64,000 nt of DNA from Candidatus Spongiisociaceae bacterium (GCA_965219685.1 CBDCOH010000002.1:2272001-2336000), one strand, 5' to 3'; shown: positions 18,131 through 28,763, counted from the first letter of the stretch. Program-made: numbers and translations. The notes: a model not told the origin generated them from the sequence alone.

Positions 18131-19018
18131 TCACCCGCTGATCGTGGTCAGGATCACTCCTAGAACCGTAAGCACAGCTCCCAAGACGATCTTCCACGTC
18201 AAAAGCTCCAGGTCGCGGAGGAAGAGGGCGGAAAGCACCACCACGGCGAGCGGTTGGGCCATGATGATCGGTCCCACCACCGACACGTCTCCCGATCCCA
18301 GCGCCCGGAACGCCGACAGCACTCCCAGACCTGCCAGCACGCCGGTCACCAGGAACCACGGCCATCCCGGACCTGGCCTGGCAAGATTCCGGATCCGCGG
18401 TACCGACACGATGACAAGAGCCCAGACCATGATGATCGTCACGTTCCCGACCAGAGCGCCGAAGGCCGCGTGCGGGACCTCGACCAGACCCAGCTTGCGC
18501 ACGATGTCGGAGGTGGCGAAGGCGACACCACCGGAGACGGGCAGCAGGTACACCCACCGGCTGCCACGAGTTCCCGAACCTGCGGAGCCCGCGACTGCGG
18601 GCGGGCCTTCACCCCCGACCAATGCCCAGATGCCGGCCACGATCAACGCCGCCCCTAGGACACGCAGTGCGGTAACGGTCTCGGAGAACAGGAACACACC
18701 ACCCACGAGGGCCAGCACCGGGTAGGAGGCCGTCTGGATCGGAGTCGCCGTCGACGGACCGATACGCTGCACCGCCAGGATGAACGACGTGCGTCCCACA
18801 CCTTCACCGATGAACCCGGCCAACATGAACAGGCCCACTCCCCTGGGCGATACCGACTCCGGCAGGTCGAACACCGCGAACCCCAGCATCACCAGCGCCC
18901 CGACCGGCAGGGACATGATCAGCGCGGTGACGATGCTGTTGTGCTGCATTCCCCGCTTCGCGGTGATTCCTACCGCGGCGAAGAAGCAGGCCGCGGCCAG
19001 GGCGAAGAAGACTGACAT
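18131..19018 (-). CDS. EamA/DMT family transporter
   Basis: About 10 hydrophobic helices in two repeats. Confidence 0.85.
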   Translation of the reverse strand: MSVFFALAAACFFAAVGITAKRGMQHNSIVTALIMSLPVGALVMLGFAVFDLPESVSPRGVGLFMLAGFIGEGVGRTSFILAVQRIGPSTATPIQTASYPVLALVGGVFLFSETVTALRVLGAALIVAGIWALVGGEGPPAVAGSAGSGTRGSRWVYLLPVSGGVAFATSDIVRKLGLVEVPHAAFGALVGNVTIIMVWALVIVSVPRIRNLARPGPGWPWFLVTGVLAGLGVLSAFRALGSGDVSVVGPIIMAQPLAVVVLSALFLRDLELLTWKIVLGAVLTVLGVILTTISG

Positions 19019-19024
19019 CGCTAC

Positions 19025-20008
19025 CTACTCCTGCCCGCGCCCGTGGCGCAGGGTGGCGAGCGCGTCGAGGGTCTCCGCGTCGAACGGAGGAGGCCAGTCG
19101 AACACCACCTGCGCGACCCCGGCGTCGGCGTAACGGGCCAGGGTCTCGGCAACCTGCCCGAGCGGGCCCACCACTCCCGACTCCGCGACCGTTATGCGAG
19201 CCCCATCGAGCGGCATCCCGTGCCCGACCAGTGTGGCCATGAGCGTGTCCACCGCCTCGGACCTGCTCTCCCTCACTAGAGGCGGCGGAAGACCGACGGT
19301 TCGGAGGATCTCGGACGGATTCCTTCCCGCTGCCCGGCACAGCCGGTCGATGGAGGCGTTCTTGCGGGCAATCTCGCCGGGCGTCCCCTCCCCGTTCCAC
19401 CAGTCCGCGTATCGAGCCACCACCGGCAGCGTACGGCGCTCCCCGCTTCCCCCTACCAGCAGCGGGAGGCGGTGCTGGAGGGGAGCCGGATCGTTGCGGG
19501 CGGACAGCATACTGACCCAGCGGCCATCCATCGTCACAGTTTCGCCGTCCAGGAGGCGCCTCACCGCGATGACGGTCTCCTCCATGCGGTCCAGCCTCCC
19601 GACCACCGGCGGGTACTCGTAGCCGAAGCCGATGTGATCCCGTTCGTACCATCCCGCTCCGAGCCCAAGCACCAACCTTCCTCCGGATGCATGGTCGAGA
19701 GTCGACGCCATCTTGACCAGGAGTCCCGGATTGCGGTAACCCGCAGACGACACCATACATCCGAGCCTGATCATCCGGGTGCGTGCCACGAACCCGGCCA
19801 GGGTCATCCAGCCCTCGAAGATCGGACCGTCGAGACGCGGGTTGACATCTAACTCGTAGCCGGCGATCGGAAAGAAGTGATCGTTGCTCCATAGGCTGTC
19901 GAAGCCCCGCTCTTCGATGGCTGCGGCCGCGTCCATGAGGTCCCCCCAGGCGACATTCTGCGCCCACACCTGGAACCCGATCTGGAGTGAGGCCTCCCGT
20001 CCGGACAT
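19025..20008 (-). CDS. LLM-class F420-dependent oxidoreductase
   Basis: GFDSLWSNDHF, YRNPGLLVK, SGGRLVLGLGAGW; start overlaps the DegT stop (TGATG). Confidence 0.88.
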   Translation of the reverse strand: MSGREASLQIGFQVWAQNVAWGDLMDAAAAIEERGFDSLWSNDHFFPIAGYELDVNPRLDGPIFEGWMTLAGFVARTRMIRLGCMVSSAGYRNPGLLVKMASTLDHASGGRLVLGLGAGWYERDHIGFGYEYPPVVGRLDRMEETVIAVRRLLDGETVTMDGRWVSMLSARNDPAPLQHRLPLLVGGSGERRTLPVVARYADWWNGEGTPGEIARKNASIDRLCRAAGRNPSEILRTVGLPPPLVRESRSEAVDTLMATLVGHGMPLDGARITVAESGVVGPLGQVAETLARYADAGVAQVVFDWPPPFDAETLDALATLRHGRGQE

Positions 20009-21234
20009 CAGAGGTGCCGGCTCGCCACGGCTCCGATCCGCTCCGCCAGACGCCGCGCATCGTTCTCGCCGGCTTTCATTCCGAGTCCCAGGGGCGCCAG
20101 ATTCGGATCGACCACCCCGATCCCGATGCTCATCGACCGCCCAAGGAGGGCGTCGGTGCGCGGTAGCATCCCCTGCCGGTACGGGACCGGCCGGTCGTCG
20201 GTGCCGGAACACTCGAACGGGCAGCCCGCTCCGGTAACGGTCCGGGCCTCCAGGAGATGCTCCATGTGCGTGTACACATGCCATCCGGACTCGGCGAGCG
20301 TGATGGAACCGAGCTCAGCAGCCACCCGCGTTGCCACCTCGGAGGAAGGGAAGACGACCACCAGGTGCGTCGCCAGGTCGCCCTCGGGATCGGGCCGGTC
20401 GCCGAAGCCGACTCCCGGGATCGCGCCGAGTATCTCGCTGACCACATCCCGGTTCCGTCGGAGATGGGCGACGATGCGGTCCAGCCTGCGGAGTTGGGCC
20501 ACCAGCACCGCTCCCTGTAGCTCGACCATCCGGAAGTTGAGCCCGAGCAGGGGCCTCCTACCCACCTCGACCCCGGTCCGATGAGGGCTATGGCCCTGAT
20601 CATGCATCGCGAAGCAACGTCGGTACAGCGCCTCGTCGTCGGTGACGAGCATGCCGCCGTCTCCGCAGGTGATGGTCTTGTAGATGTTGAAGCTGAACGC
20701 TCCCACCCTCCCATGGCCCCCAAGCCACCTTCCCTCGTAGCTGGCGCCGAACGCCTGGGCGGCGTCCTCGATCAGGGCCACGCCATGACGGTCGGCCACC
20801 TCTTTCAACTCCCGCAGTCGGGCGGGGTTCCCGAGCATGTGCACCGCGACGATGGCCCTGGTCCGGGGGCCGATCCGGGACTCGACATCGGCCGGATCCA
20901 GGTTGAAACTCCGGTCGACCTCGGCCGGCACGGGACGCGCCCTGGCATAGACCACCGCCGACATGGAGGCTACGAACGTGAATCCCGGGACTATCACGTC
21001 GTCCCCGGGTCCCACCCCGAGACCGACCAAGGCCAGGTACAGCGCGCTCGTACCCGAGTTCACACCAAGGGCATACCTGACACCGACCCGCTCCGCCACC
21101 CGCCGCTCGAAGAGACGGACCTTGGCCGGGAACCCCTCGTCCGGGCCGTACCGGGCCAGTTGCCTGCTCTCTAGGACCTCCCGAATCTCGGCGAGTTCCG
21201 CCTCGCCCACCAGTTCGAGCCCGGGGCCCGGCAT
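20008..21234 (-). CDS. DegT/DnrJ/EryC1/StrS PLP aminotransferase
   Basis: NSGTSAL, IEDAAQA, FSFNIYKTITCGDGG, NFRM. Confidence 0.9.
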   Translation of the reverse strand: MPGPGLELVGEAELAEIREVLESRQLARYGPDEGFPAKVRLFERRVAERVGVRYALGVNSGTSALYLALVGLGVGPGDDVIVPGFTFVASMSAVVYARARPVPAEVDRSFNLDPADVESRIGPRTRAIVAVHMLGNPARLRELKEVADRHGVALIEDAAQAFGASYEGRWLGGHGRVGAFSFNIYKTITCGDGGMLVTDDEALYRRCFAMHDQGHSPHRTGVEVGRRPLLGLNFRMVELQGAVLVAQLRRLDRIVAHLRRNRDVVSEILGAIPGVGFGDRPDPEGDLATHLVVVFPSSEVATRVAAELGSITLAESGWHVYTHMEHLLEARTVTGAGCPFECSGTDDRPVPYRQGMLPRTDALLGRSMSIGIGVVDPNLAPLGLGMKAGENDARRLAERIGAVASRHL

Positions 21235-21759
21235 ACTCAACCTCCCTCAGCACCCTGCAAGACCGGTCCCGTCAACACCGGCCGCGGCCCAACTCCGACC
21301 GCCGCGGGCGTCGCGGGCGCGCCCTTCACACGCCCATCCGGCCTCTCCCCGCAAGGGGGTTGACGATGTCACACCGCTACTGCATAGTACGTGTTGTCAA
21401 ACACCCGCGCGGTGCTGGATCAGACGTCATCCGACCGCCAGAGGGATCATGCTTCGGAAACCGCGCCTCCAGGGGGCGAGATGGCGCATGTCTCCGACCC
21501 AAGGCAGGTGGTGGCGGGGGTGGGCCCGACGGGCGGACCAGATGCGGGCAGTTTTCGCGACCTCGTAGCGGCGGACCGGATGACAGCAGCGGTCACGCCG
21601 GCTGCACTGTCGCTCTCCTGTGGTACGTTCCCGGCCATCTGGCCGAGGCGGGCGTCAGGACCGCGCAGGGGGCTCTCGATCTTCCCCTATTCGCAGGAGC
21701 GTTCGGCTTTGACTGCCGGCGGACCCTGCACGGCTCGGACTTGGCATGCGGGCGCTGTC

Positions 21760-24645
21760 TCAGTTGCCCGATGCCTCCACCAATTGCCCCAGCCTCCCGA
21801 CCAGGCGTGTGGCTTCGTCGACCTTGGCCTGGTAGCCACCCAGATCCCCGGATCGGAGAGCTCCGTTTGCCTCGTCCAACAGACGGTCGATCTCAACGAT
21901 CAGCGATGCCAGATCATCGCTCGGCTCGACCCGCGGCCGATCCGTCTCGTCCGGAGCGACATCGGGAACCGTCGGCGCAGCGGACTCGCCGAATATCTCG
22001 GCCAGTGCCGCGTCGAGGGTCTCCCGCATGATCGGCGGCGTCACCTCACCGAACACCACGACTACGCGTTTGAACTCCGGCAGTAGCACCCCCTCGCCCC
22101 TCAGGTAGATGGGCTGGATGAAGAGCAGGGACTCCTCGACGGGCACCACCAGCAGGTTGCCGCGGATGATCTCGGAGCCCTGCTGCCCGAGAAGGGTGAA
22201 CTGCTGCGAGATGACCGGATCCTGGTCGATCCGCGCGCTGATCTGATTCAGGCCGTTTATGAGTTCGCCCCTGGGCAACCGGTAGTCCACGATCTTGCCG
22301 TACTCGTCCGGACCGCTCTTCGCCACCATGAAGGCCGTCATGTTCTCCCGGCTGGCAGGATTGAAGCTCTGGAGGATCAGGTAGGAAAGGGCGTCCTCAC
22401 CTGGGAGCTTCATCAGCAGGTAGTAGGGCAGGCTGGGCCTCGTATCGAGCCGCAGGTTCCCGAACTGATCGACCGTGTCGCCTCGCACCAGCCCGCGGTC
22501 GGACGTGGAGGGATCCCGCGGGACCTCCCACTTGTCCTCGTCCTGGAAGAAGTCCTGCGGATCCAACTGGTGGTAGGTCGCATACATCTCGGACTGCACC
22601 CGGAACATGTCCTCGGGGTAACGGATGTGGCTCCGCACCTCCTCGTCCATCTCGGAGGCGTCGCTGAACACGTCGGGGAAGATCTTGCGGTAGGCCTGGG
22701 TGAGCGGATCCGTCCCGTCGAGCACGTACAGTTTCATCGTTCCGTCCTCGGCGTCCACCACCGCCTTGACCGAGTTGCGGATGTAGTTGAAGTCACGGGG
22801 TAGGGGCGAGCGGAGCCCGAGGCGGTCGTCGATGACCGGTTCGGAGTACGGGTAACGGTTGGTGGTCGCATAGAGATCCACGATCCACACGAGGCGACCG
22901 CCGATCAGGGCCAGGTAGGGATCGTCATCGGCATACAGGAACGGGGCCACCTGGCTGAGCCGATCGACGACGTTCCTCACCATCAGGACCTTGGACTCCG
23001 GCGTCAGTTCGGGCGAGATCAACGTGTTGAGGTCGCCGAACCTGAGCGCCATGGCCGCCCGGATCGCCAGGTTCGCCAACTGCACGCCACCCTGACCGGC
23101 GTAGGTGTTGCGGACCACCGTGTCATCCTCGCCCGACGGGAAGTCGACCTCCTGCTGTTTGGTGCCGACGATCACGTAGCTGCCCGTCTCGGCTGCCTCG
23201 CCGTAATAGATCCGCGGCTGGGCCGTCTCCAACTCGTCCACCACGGATCTGGGTGGAACATCCCTCACCAGGAAGGCCGGTTCGCCGGTGGTGGGATTGA
23301 CGTCATTGGCTCTGGAGATGACCTCGCCGAAGCCGTGGGTGTAAACGAGCTTCTCGTTCACCCACCCTTCCGCCGGGAGGTCATCCGAGTCCAGTTCGCG
23401 GGCTGCCATCATCACCTGGGTCAACGCCCCCTCGATCACGTAGCGGTCCGTGTCGACGTTGGAAATCTGGTAGTAGGGCCTTATCGCCTGGAGCTGGGAG
23501 TAGGCCGGGGCCAGAACACCCGGGTCCCAGAGCCGGACGTTGCTGATGGTGGCCTGGTTCCCTGCTATGTCCGCGGCGGTCAGATCGGGTGAAGCCGCGA
23601 AGTCCCGGATCTCCACCCGGCCTTCACCCATCCCGTAGGCGTCGAGCGTGAAATCGATGTGGTGCCTGATGTACTGGCGTTCCTTGTTGAACTGGTCGGG
23701 CTGGACCTGGAAGCGCTCGATAGCCGCCGGGATGATGCCGCCCACCACCACCGAAACCACCAACCACAATCCCGCCGCGATCGCGGGCAGCGTCCATCCC
23801 CTCCGGCGGATATTCCACAGCAGCAGTGCGGCACCGAACAGGGAGATGGCGCTCAGCAACGTGAGGGCCGGGCGGTGGGCCACGACATCGGTGTACGAGG
23901 CGCCGAAGATCGCTCCCCTGGTGGAGTACAGCAACTCGTAGCTGTCCAGCCGGTATGCGATCGCTTTGAGGATGGCGAGCGCGGCCAGCAACACGGACAG
24001 GTGGGACTTCACCTCGCCCCCGACCTCCGGCAGCCGATTCGACTGCCAGCGGATCCCTCCGTAGAGGTAGTGAAGAGCGGCGCACACCAGGATCGTCATG
24101 ACAACCAACTGGAACAGCCAACTGATCACGTCGCGGTAGACCGGAAGGTGGAACACGTAGAAGCCGATGTCACGACCGAAGACCGGATCTACTTGGCCGA
24201 ACTCGACCTCATTCAGGTAGAGGAGCACATCCTGCCACCAGGCGGAGGCACCCGCTCCCACGAGGAGCCCGAGCAGGGCGGATACGCCGATGCGAAACCA
24301 CATACGGCGGCTCGTCACCCACTGCTGGAACCGCTCGATTACCTCGTCCCCGGGACCGCCCAGCAGGAGCCGGCCGGTCGAGATGCGGTCGACCACCACC
24401 AAGTTGAGCCAGACCACCGCGCCCGCTGCGACGAAGCCGACCAATCCGAGTAGCACCTGTGAGAGCAGCACCGTGGTCCAGACGGATGTGGCCTGCACCG
24501 AGGCGTACCACAGGTAGTCGGTCCAAGCCGTGGCCACGCCGCGAAGCGCCAGGAGCAACGCCAGGACCGCCGCTATCACGAAGCCGACCAGGCGGCGGGG
24601 GCGGCGGCGGGAAGGACCGAATGATCCGGGCTCCATTCTTATCAT
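21760..24645 (-). CDS. UPF0182 family membrane protein
   Basis: TDYLWY, DPVFGRDIGFYVF, LVYTHGFG, PRIYYGE, NYIRNSVKAVVDA, GNLLVVP. Confidence 0.93.
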   Translation of the reverse strand: MIRMEPGSFGPSRRRPRRLVGFVIAAVLALLLALRGVATAWTDYLWYASVQATSVWTTVLLSQVLLGLVGFVAAGAVVWLNLVVVDRISTGRLLLGGPGDEVIERFQQWVTSRRMWFRIGVSALLGLLVGAGASAWWQDVLLYLNEVEFGQVDPVFGRDIGFYVFHLPVYRDVISWLFQLVVMTILVCAALHYLYGGIRWQSNRLPEVGGEVKSHLSVLLAALAILKAIAYRLDSYELLYSTRGAIFGASYTDVVAHRPALTLLSAISLFGAALLLWNIRRRGWTLPAIAAGLWLVVSVVVGGIIPAAIERFQVQPDQFNKERQYIRHHIDFTLDAYGMGEGRVEIRDFAASPDLTAADIAGNQATISNVRLWDPGVLAPAYSQLQAIRPYYQISNVDTDRYVIEGALTQVMMAARELDSDDLPAEGWVNEKLVYTHGFGEVISRANDVNPTTGEPAFLVRDVPPRSVVDELETAQPRIYYGEAAETGSYVIVGTKQQEVDFPSGEDDTVVRNTYAGQGGVQLANLAIRAAMALRFGDLNTLISPELTPESKVLMVRNVVDRLSQVAPFLYADDDPYLALIGGRLVWIVDLYATTNRYPYSEPVIDDRLGLRSPLPRDFNYIRNSVKAVVDAEDGTMKLYVLDGTDPLTQAYRKIFPDVFSDASEMDEEVRSHIRYPEDMFRVQSEMYATYHQLDPQDFFQDEDKWEVPRDPSTSDRGLVRGDTVDQFGNLRLDTRPSLPYYLLMKLPGEDALSYLILQSFNPASRENMTAFMVAKSGPDEYGKIVDYRLPRGELINGLNQISARIDQDPVISQQFTLLGQQGSEIIRGNLLVVPVEESLLFIQPIYLRGEGVLLPEFKRVVVVFGEVTPPIMRETLDAALAEIFGESAAPTVPDVAPDETDRPRVEPSDDLASLIVEIDRLLDEANGALRSGDLGGYQAKVDEATRLVGRLGQLVEASGN

Positions 24646-24863
24646 TGTCTACAGGTCTCCATGGGGCGGGCCATCATGCGCCTCCCAACCACAGGGCCAG
24701 AAAGTCGCTGCGTACGGGGAGGGGTATCCCCAGCAGGAGGATAGTGCCTCAGCCGATGGACGCCCGTGGTGGTGGACACGGACCTAACGCTACTCGTCCT
24801 CTGCACCGTACGGGAGCCTTCGGAGCCGACAGGAGCGGCATCCAGCCGGAAGGACCTACCAGA

Positions 24864-26744
24864 TCAAGCCGGAACGACCATGCAGCGGCAATCGGTGTCC
24901 GCCGGGACGAGCGGGACTCCATCCGCAGCGAAGACCTCCTGCGCCAGAGCGGAGCACTCCCTACAACTCCCGTTGACCTCCACACGGTACCGTCCGACCC
25001 CGGCCGAGCTCAGGCCCTCGACCAGACCCCGGTGGTAGGAGCGCCCGGCCAAGAACCGCAAGCGGCGTTCCGCCTCATCCGTCCGCCATACCCGGTAGAC
25101 ACGGGAAAGGGCCTTGGCGACCTCCCCCTCCGGACGGCCGCCGCTCCGCGCTTCATCAACCGCCCTTGTCACGTCTTCGAGCAACCCGGCGACAAATGAC
25201 TCGATACCTTGCCCTTCAACCTCCTCACGTGGGTACGGAAGCCGGACACCCGTCAGTTCCATGGCCGACGTGTGGCCTCTTTCGAAGGCCTCTCGCTCCA
25301 TGACGGTCAGCACATGGACGAGGGGGTGGCTGAGTTCGGACACCTCCGGCGCCCAGCCCTGCAAACTTCCCTCCAGGCTCTTCAGTTGGTCGTTCTCGAT
25401 ATCGATGAGCCGGCGTTTGACTGCTCTCAAGGCCCGATTGGCAACCGGGAGGAGTTTGCGGTCATACACCTCGAGAGGGGAGCGAGTTCTCCGGGCCATT
25501 GAGTCCCCGACGCCGTCGTCGGTTGCGGCCGCCTTGTCCATACGGAGTTCCCGGAACAGCGCAGCCAGATCGTCGGGCCTTCCTTCATCCAACGTCCCGA
25601 CCGGAGCAGCCGTGACCGCCGGACTCTCGGCAGCCAATCGCCGGGACGGTCCCCCTGCCGCCACACCGACCAAGCGGACCTCGCCGGAACCCGATCCCTT
25701 CGTATCCTGCGGGACCTCACCCTCAGGAGAGTTCACGCCGTCGCCGCCCCGGCGGTTCAGCCTCGCTACCTCATCGGCCAATTCCAAGGCGTCGACCTCG
25801 ACCCTCGCCCTGACCGCCGGTGTCTCCACCAGGCGAACACTCTCCGTGCCGTCAGCCCAACCGACGGTCCGTCCCCTCCCGGCGGTCTCACTCCCGCTCA
25901 CGCCGCGACCTCCGCCGACGACCGGAATCTCGAAGGCACCGCCGAGTTCGTCCTCCTCGGGATCTGCTTCCGGCGGGGGAATGATGCGCACCGTCGAAGT
26001 CTGGCTGGGACCGTTACCCCCGACCGGACCCTCCAGCTTGGCCGAGAAGGCCTCCGCCTCGCGACGCAACTCCTCGTGGCGCTTCTCCATGGCCGAGACG
26101 TGATCATTGACGGTCTCCGCCCGGTCCTCAGCCGCCCGGAGGATCTCTCTTCCCTTGGCGCGCGCCAAGCCGAGAAGACGATCGCTCTCCGCACTCGCCG
26201 TCTGGATGGCGGTCTCGCTGTCGCGTCGAGCCACCACCAGCTTGCGGTGTGCCTTCCGTTCGGCGTCTCCTATTATCTCCAGTGCCTCGCGTTCCGCCGC
26301 GGTGCGGAGGCGAGCCGACTCGGCCTTCATCGACTCCAACGCCTCCGTCGAGGCATCCCAAGCCGACTTCCTGAGAGCAAAGGCATCCGACTCCGCCGTC
26401 GCCAGCATCTTCCGTACCTGCTCGGCCGCTTCCTCCAGCATCACTGCTGCCTCATTCTCGGCCCGCTCGCGAACCTTGCGGTAGGACCCCCTAGCCGCTT
26501 CCAGCACCTCCGCGATGTCACCGACGACCGAGTCGATGACCACGCCTATGCTCGCTTCATCCATGGCGCCGTTGCCGGAGAGGATGGAGTCCTGCTGTGC
26601 CTGGAGGAGTTCCACCTGCTCGTTCATCTGCGCGACGAACGCGCGCACCTCCATGGGGTCATATCCGAAAAGCGACCGGCTGAAGGCCAAATCCTCGCCC
26701 GGCGCGGGCGGTGTTTCCTCATTCAGCAGTGTTTCTTCACTCAT
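24864..26744 (-). CDS. DivIVA-domain coiled-coil protein with C-terminal Cys-rich domain
   Basis: FSRSLFGYDPMEVRAFV DivIVA motif; AE-rich coiled coil; C-terminal CREC...CRC. Confidence 0.65.
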   Translation of the reverse strand: MSEETLLNEETPPAPGEDLAFSRSLFGYDPMEVRAFVAQMNEQVELLQAQQDSILSGNGAMDEASIGVVIDSVVGDIAEVLEAARGSYRKVRERAENEAAVMLEEAAEQVRKMLATAESDAFALRKSAWDASTEALESMKAESARLRTAAEREALEIIGDAERKAHRKLVVARRDSETAIQTASAESDRLLGLARAKGREILRAAEDRAETVNDHVSAMEKRHEELRREAEAFSAKLEGPVGGNGPSQTSTVRIIPPPEADPEEDELGGAFEIPVVGGGRGVSGSETAGRGRTVGWADGTESVRLVETPAVRARVEVDALELADEVARLNRRGGDGVNSPEGEVPQDTKGSGSGEVRLVGVAAGGPSRRLAAESPAVTAAPVGTLDEGRPDDLAALFRELRMDKAAATDDGVGDSMARRTRSPLEVYDRKLLPVANRALRAVKRRLIDIENDQLKSLEGSLQGWAPEVSELSHPLVHVLTVMEREAFERGHTSAMELTGVRLPYPREEVEGQGIESFVAGLLEDVTRAVDEARSGGRPEGEVAKALSRVYRVWRTDEAERRLRFLAGRSYHRGLVEGLSSAGVGRYRVEVNGSCRECSALAQEVFAADGVPLVPADTDCRCMVVPA

Positions 26745-26745
26745 A

Positions 26746-26798
26746 TGTGGATAACTCTACCCTGCAGGGAACGAGATTTACACAAGAACTGTGGACAA
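26746..26798 (-). promoter_or_regulatory. Two DnaA boxes (TTATCCACA, TTGTCCACA)
   Basis: TGTGGATAA 26746-26754 and TGTGGACAA 26790-26798, same orientation, 44 bp apart. Confidence 0.7.
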
Positions 26799-26930
26799 CT
26801 CTGAAATCTCGCTCGCAGCCCCGGCAAACCGGCACCGTTACTTCGCTCGTGTTTCCGTACGGGAAGGAGCGGCCGGATGCTCGGATCCGCGCTTCGCCGT
26901 CGTGCGGAGACGCGCGGCGGAGAGCGTCCT

Positions 26931-28016
26931 TTAGGTCGCTGGAATCTCCCTGAGTATGTCGACCGCTTCGGTGATCGACGCAACCGCGTGGATCTCCACG
27001 TCGTCGCGCTTCACACTCAACGCGTCCTGGTAGTTCGGCTCGGGAACCAGGACGTGTAGGGCCCCGGCGTTCTGGGCGGCCACCACCTTCTGGCGAACCC
27101 CACCGATCGGTCCCACCCGGCCGTCGCGCGAGATGGTCCCCGTACCGGCGACGATGTTGCCTGCCACCAGATCGTCGGCTGTGAAGAGGTCGATCAGGGT
27201 GAGGGCGTACATCACCCCCGCCGATGGCCCGCCCGTACCCTCGGTGTGGATGTCGATCTCGAACGGTAGGTCCAGGGTGCGGTTGTACGTGTCGGGTACG
27301 AAACCCACCATCGGTTGTCCCGGGTTGTCGCTGTGCTCCACCAGGGTCACCGCAACGTCGATCAACTCGTCGCCGCGGCGGACCGCCAGGGTGATCGTGT
27401 CGCCCACCTTCTTGGACAGGATCGCCTCTACCGCCTCGTCGCTCATCGTTACCGCCGTGTCCGCGACCTCGACTATCACATCTCCCACCTCGAGCAGGCC
27501 GTCGGCCGGCGCCCCCTCGGCCACCGACGCCACGAGCACACCCTCCCCCGAGTACGCGACGGGAATCCCCAGGTAGTCCATCGCAACCACGATCGCCGTC
27601 AGCTTGGAGTCGTCCATCTGTCGGAGATTCTTCTTGCGGTGTTCCTCAGGAGTCACCCCCTCGGGGCGGATCTGTTCGCGGGGCACCAGGTCCACCTCCG
27701 AGTCGATCCAACCCTGGGCGAACTCGAAGGCGTTCACCTCCTGGAGGGAAACGGTGAGCATGTAGACGTCGCCGTTCAACTCGTACGTGGGTGGACCACC
27801 CTCGATGTGGACCAGGTCTGACACCTCCTCGACCGGACCCGGCCAGAGGGCGTAGTAGGGAACCCTCAGAGATCCCAACGAGAGGGATAGACCGGCGAGC
27901 AGCACCAACCCCGCCGCGGCCCACAGTGGCCCCCACACTCGCCGGATCCGGAAGGAAGGCCGCGAACGGTCCTCTCCGGACGTCGGCTCCATGGGCTCCG
28001 TCGAGGGTGTGTCCAT
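26931..28016 (-). CDS. PDZ + Lon-like S16 protease (YlbL-like)
   Basis: N-terminal TM, PDZ, GGPSAG, GTGTI...GPIGGVRQK. Confidence 0.88.
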   Translation of the reverse strand: MDTPSTEPMEPTSGEDRSRPSFRIRRVWGPLWAAAGLVLLAGLSLSLGSLRVPYYALWPGPVEEVSDLVHIEGGPPTYELNGDVYMLTVSLQEVNAFEFAQGWIDSEVDLVPREQIRPEGVTPEEHRKKNLRQMDDSKLTAIVVAMDYLGIPVAYSGEGVLVASVAEGAPADGLLEVGDVIVEVADTAVTMSDEAVEAILSKKVGDTITLAVRRGDELIDVAVTLVEHSDNPGQPMVGFVPDTYNRTLDLPFEIDIHTEGTGGPSAGVMYALTLIDLFTADDLVAGNIVAGTGTISRDGRVGPIGGVRQKVVAAQNAGALHVLVPEPNYQDALSVKRDDVEIHAVASITEAVDILREIPAT

Positions 28017-28171
28017 TAGGATCCGGTTGTGGCTTTCCAGGTCGGCACGGCACACCGAGAATACCCATGGGCGGGCACAATGCTGACCGGCCGGCATCGT
28101 TGAGTCCGAGCCGACGGAAACCTAACCAACCCGATCGGGGTCCAAGAGCAAACACCAACCAGGAGGTCCAA

Positions 28172-28759
28172 TTGACGTATGCACCACCGGTCCTATCAGG
28201 CAGGATCCTGCCGCTGAAGCGGATCGACCAGCGAGTCGCCACCGCAGCTCTCGTAGTGGGTTTCGCCCTGCTCACGGCGGCATGTGCGCAGATAAGGATC
28301 CCACTCGGGTTCACGCCCGTTCCGATTACCGGGCAGACCTTCGCAGTCTTGCTGACGGGCGCCGTACTGGGTTCGCGCGCCGGGGCCGCCAGCCAATTCC
28401 TCTACGTTGCGCTGGGTGCAGTCGGCCTACCGTTCTATGCGGGCGGGACCGGGGGATGGGAAACGGCCACAGGCGCCACCGCCGGCTACCTCGTGGGGTT
28501 CATCGTCGCTGCCTACGCGGTCGGGTACCTGGCAGAGAACCGTCAGGATCGCCGGTTCGCCACGTCCATAGGGGCGTTCCTCACCGGAAACCTGATCATC
28601 TACGTCCTCGGCGTTGCATGGCTGATGTCCCAATTCTCTTGGGACCTGGCAACCGGCGTCGAGAAGGGCATGGCGCCTTTCATCATCGGTGACACCATCA
28701 AGATTCTCCTGGCCGCAGGCGTAATGCCGACCGCCTGGAAGCTCGTCGGAGACCGGTAG
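28172..28759 (+). CDS. bioY: Biotin transporter BioY
   Basis: AGGAGG + TTG start; PVPITGQTFAVLL, GLPFYAGG, TAGYLVGF. Confidence 0.9.
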   Translation: MTYAPPVLSGRILPLKRIDQRVATAALVVGFALLTAACAQIRIPLGFTPVPITGQTFAVLLTGAVLGSRAGAASQFLYVALGAVGLPFYAGGTGGWETATGATAGYLVGFIVAAYAVGYLAENRQDRRFATSIGAFLTGNLIIYVLGVAWLMSQFSWDLATGVEKGMAPFIIGDTIKILLAAGVMPTAWKLVGDR

Positions 28760-28763
28760 GGTG

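Noticed and set aside
21241-21759. Gene or ncRNA in the DegT-UPF0182 gap
   Set aside because: ORFs lack recognisable motifs; only a weak TTGAC...GTCAA inverted repeat near 21360-21400.
26746-26798. oriC
   Set aside because: Only two clear DnaA boxes, no AT-rich unwinding element, and no dnaA/dnaN nearby.
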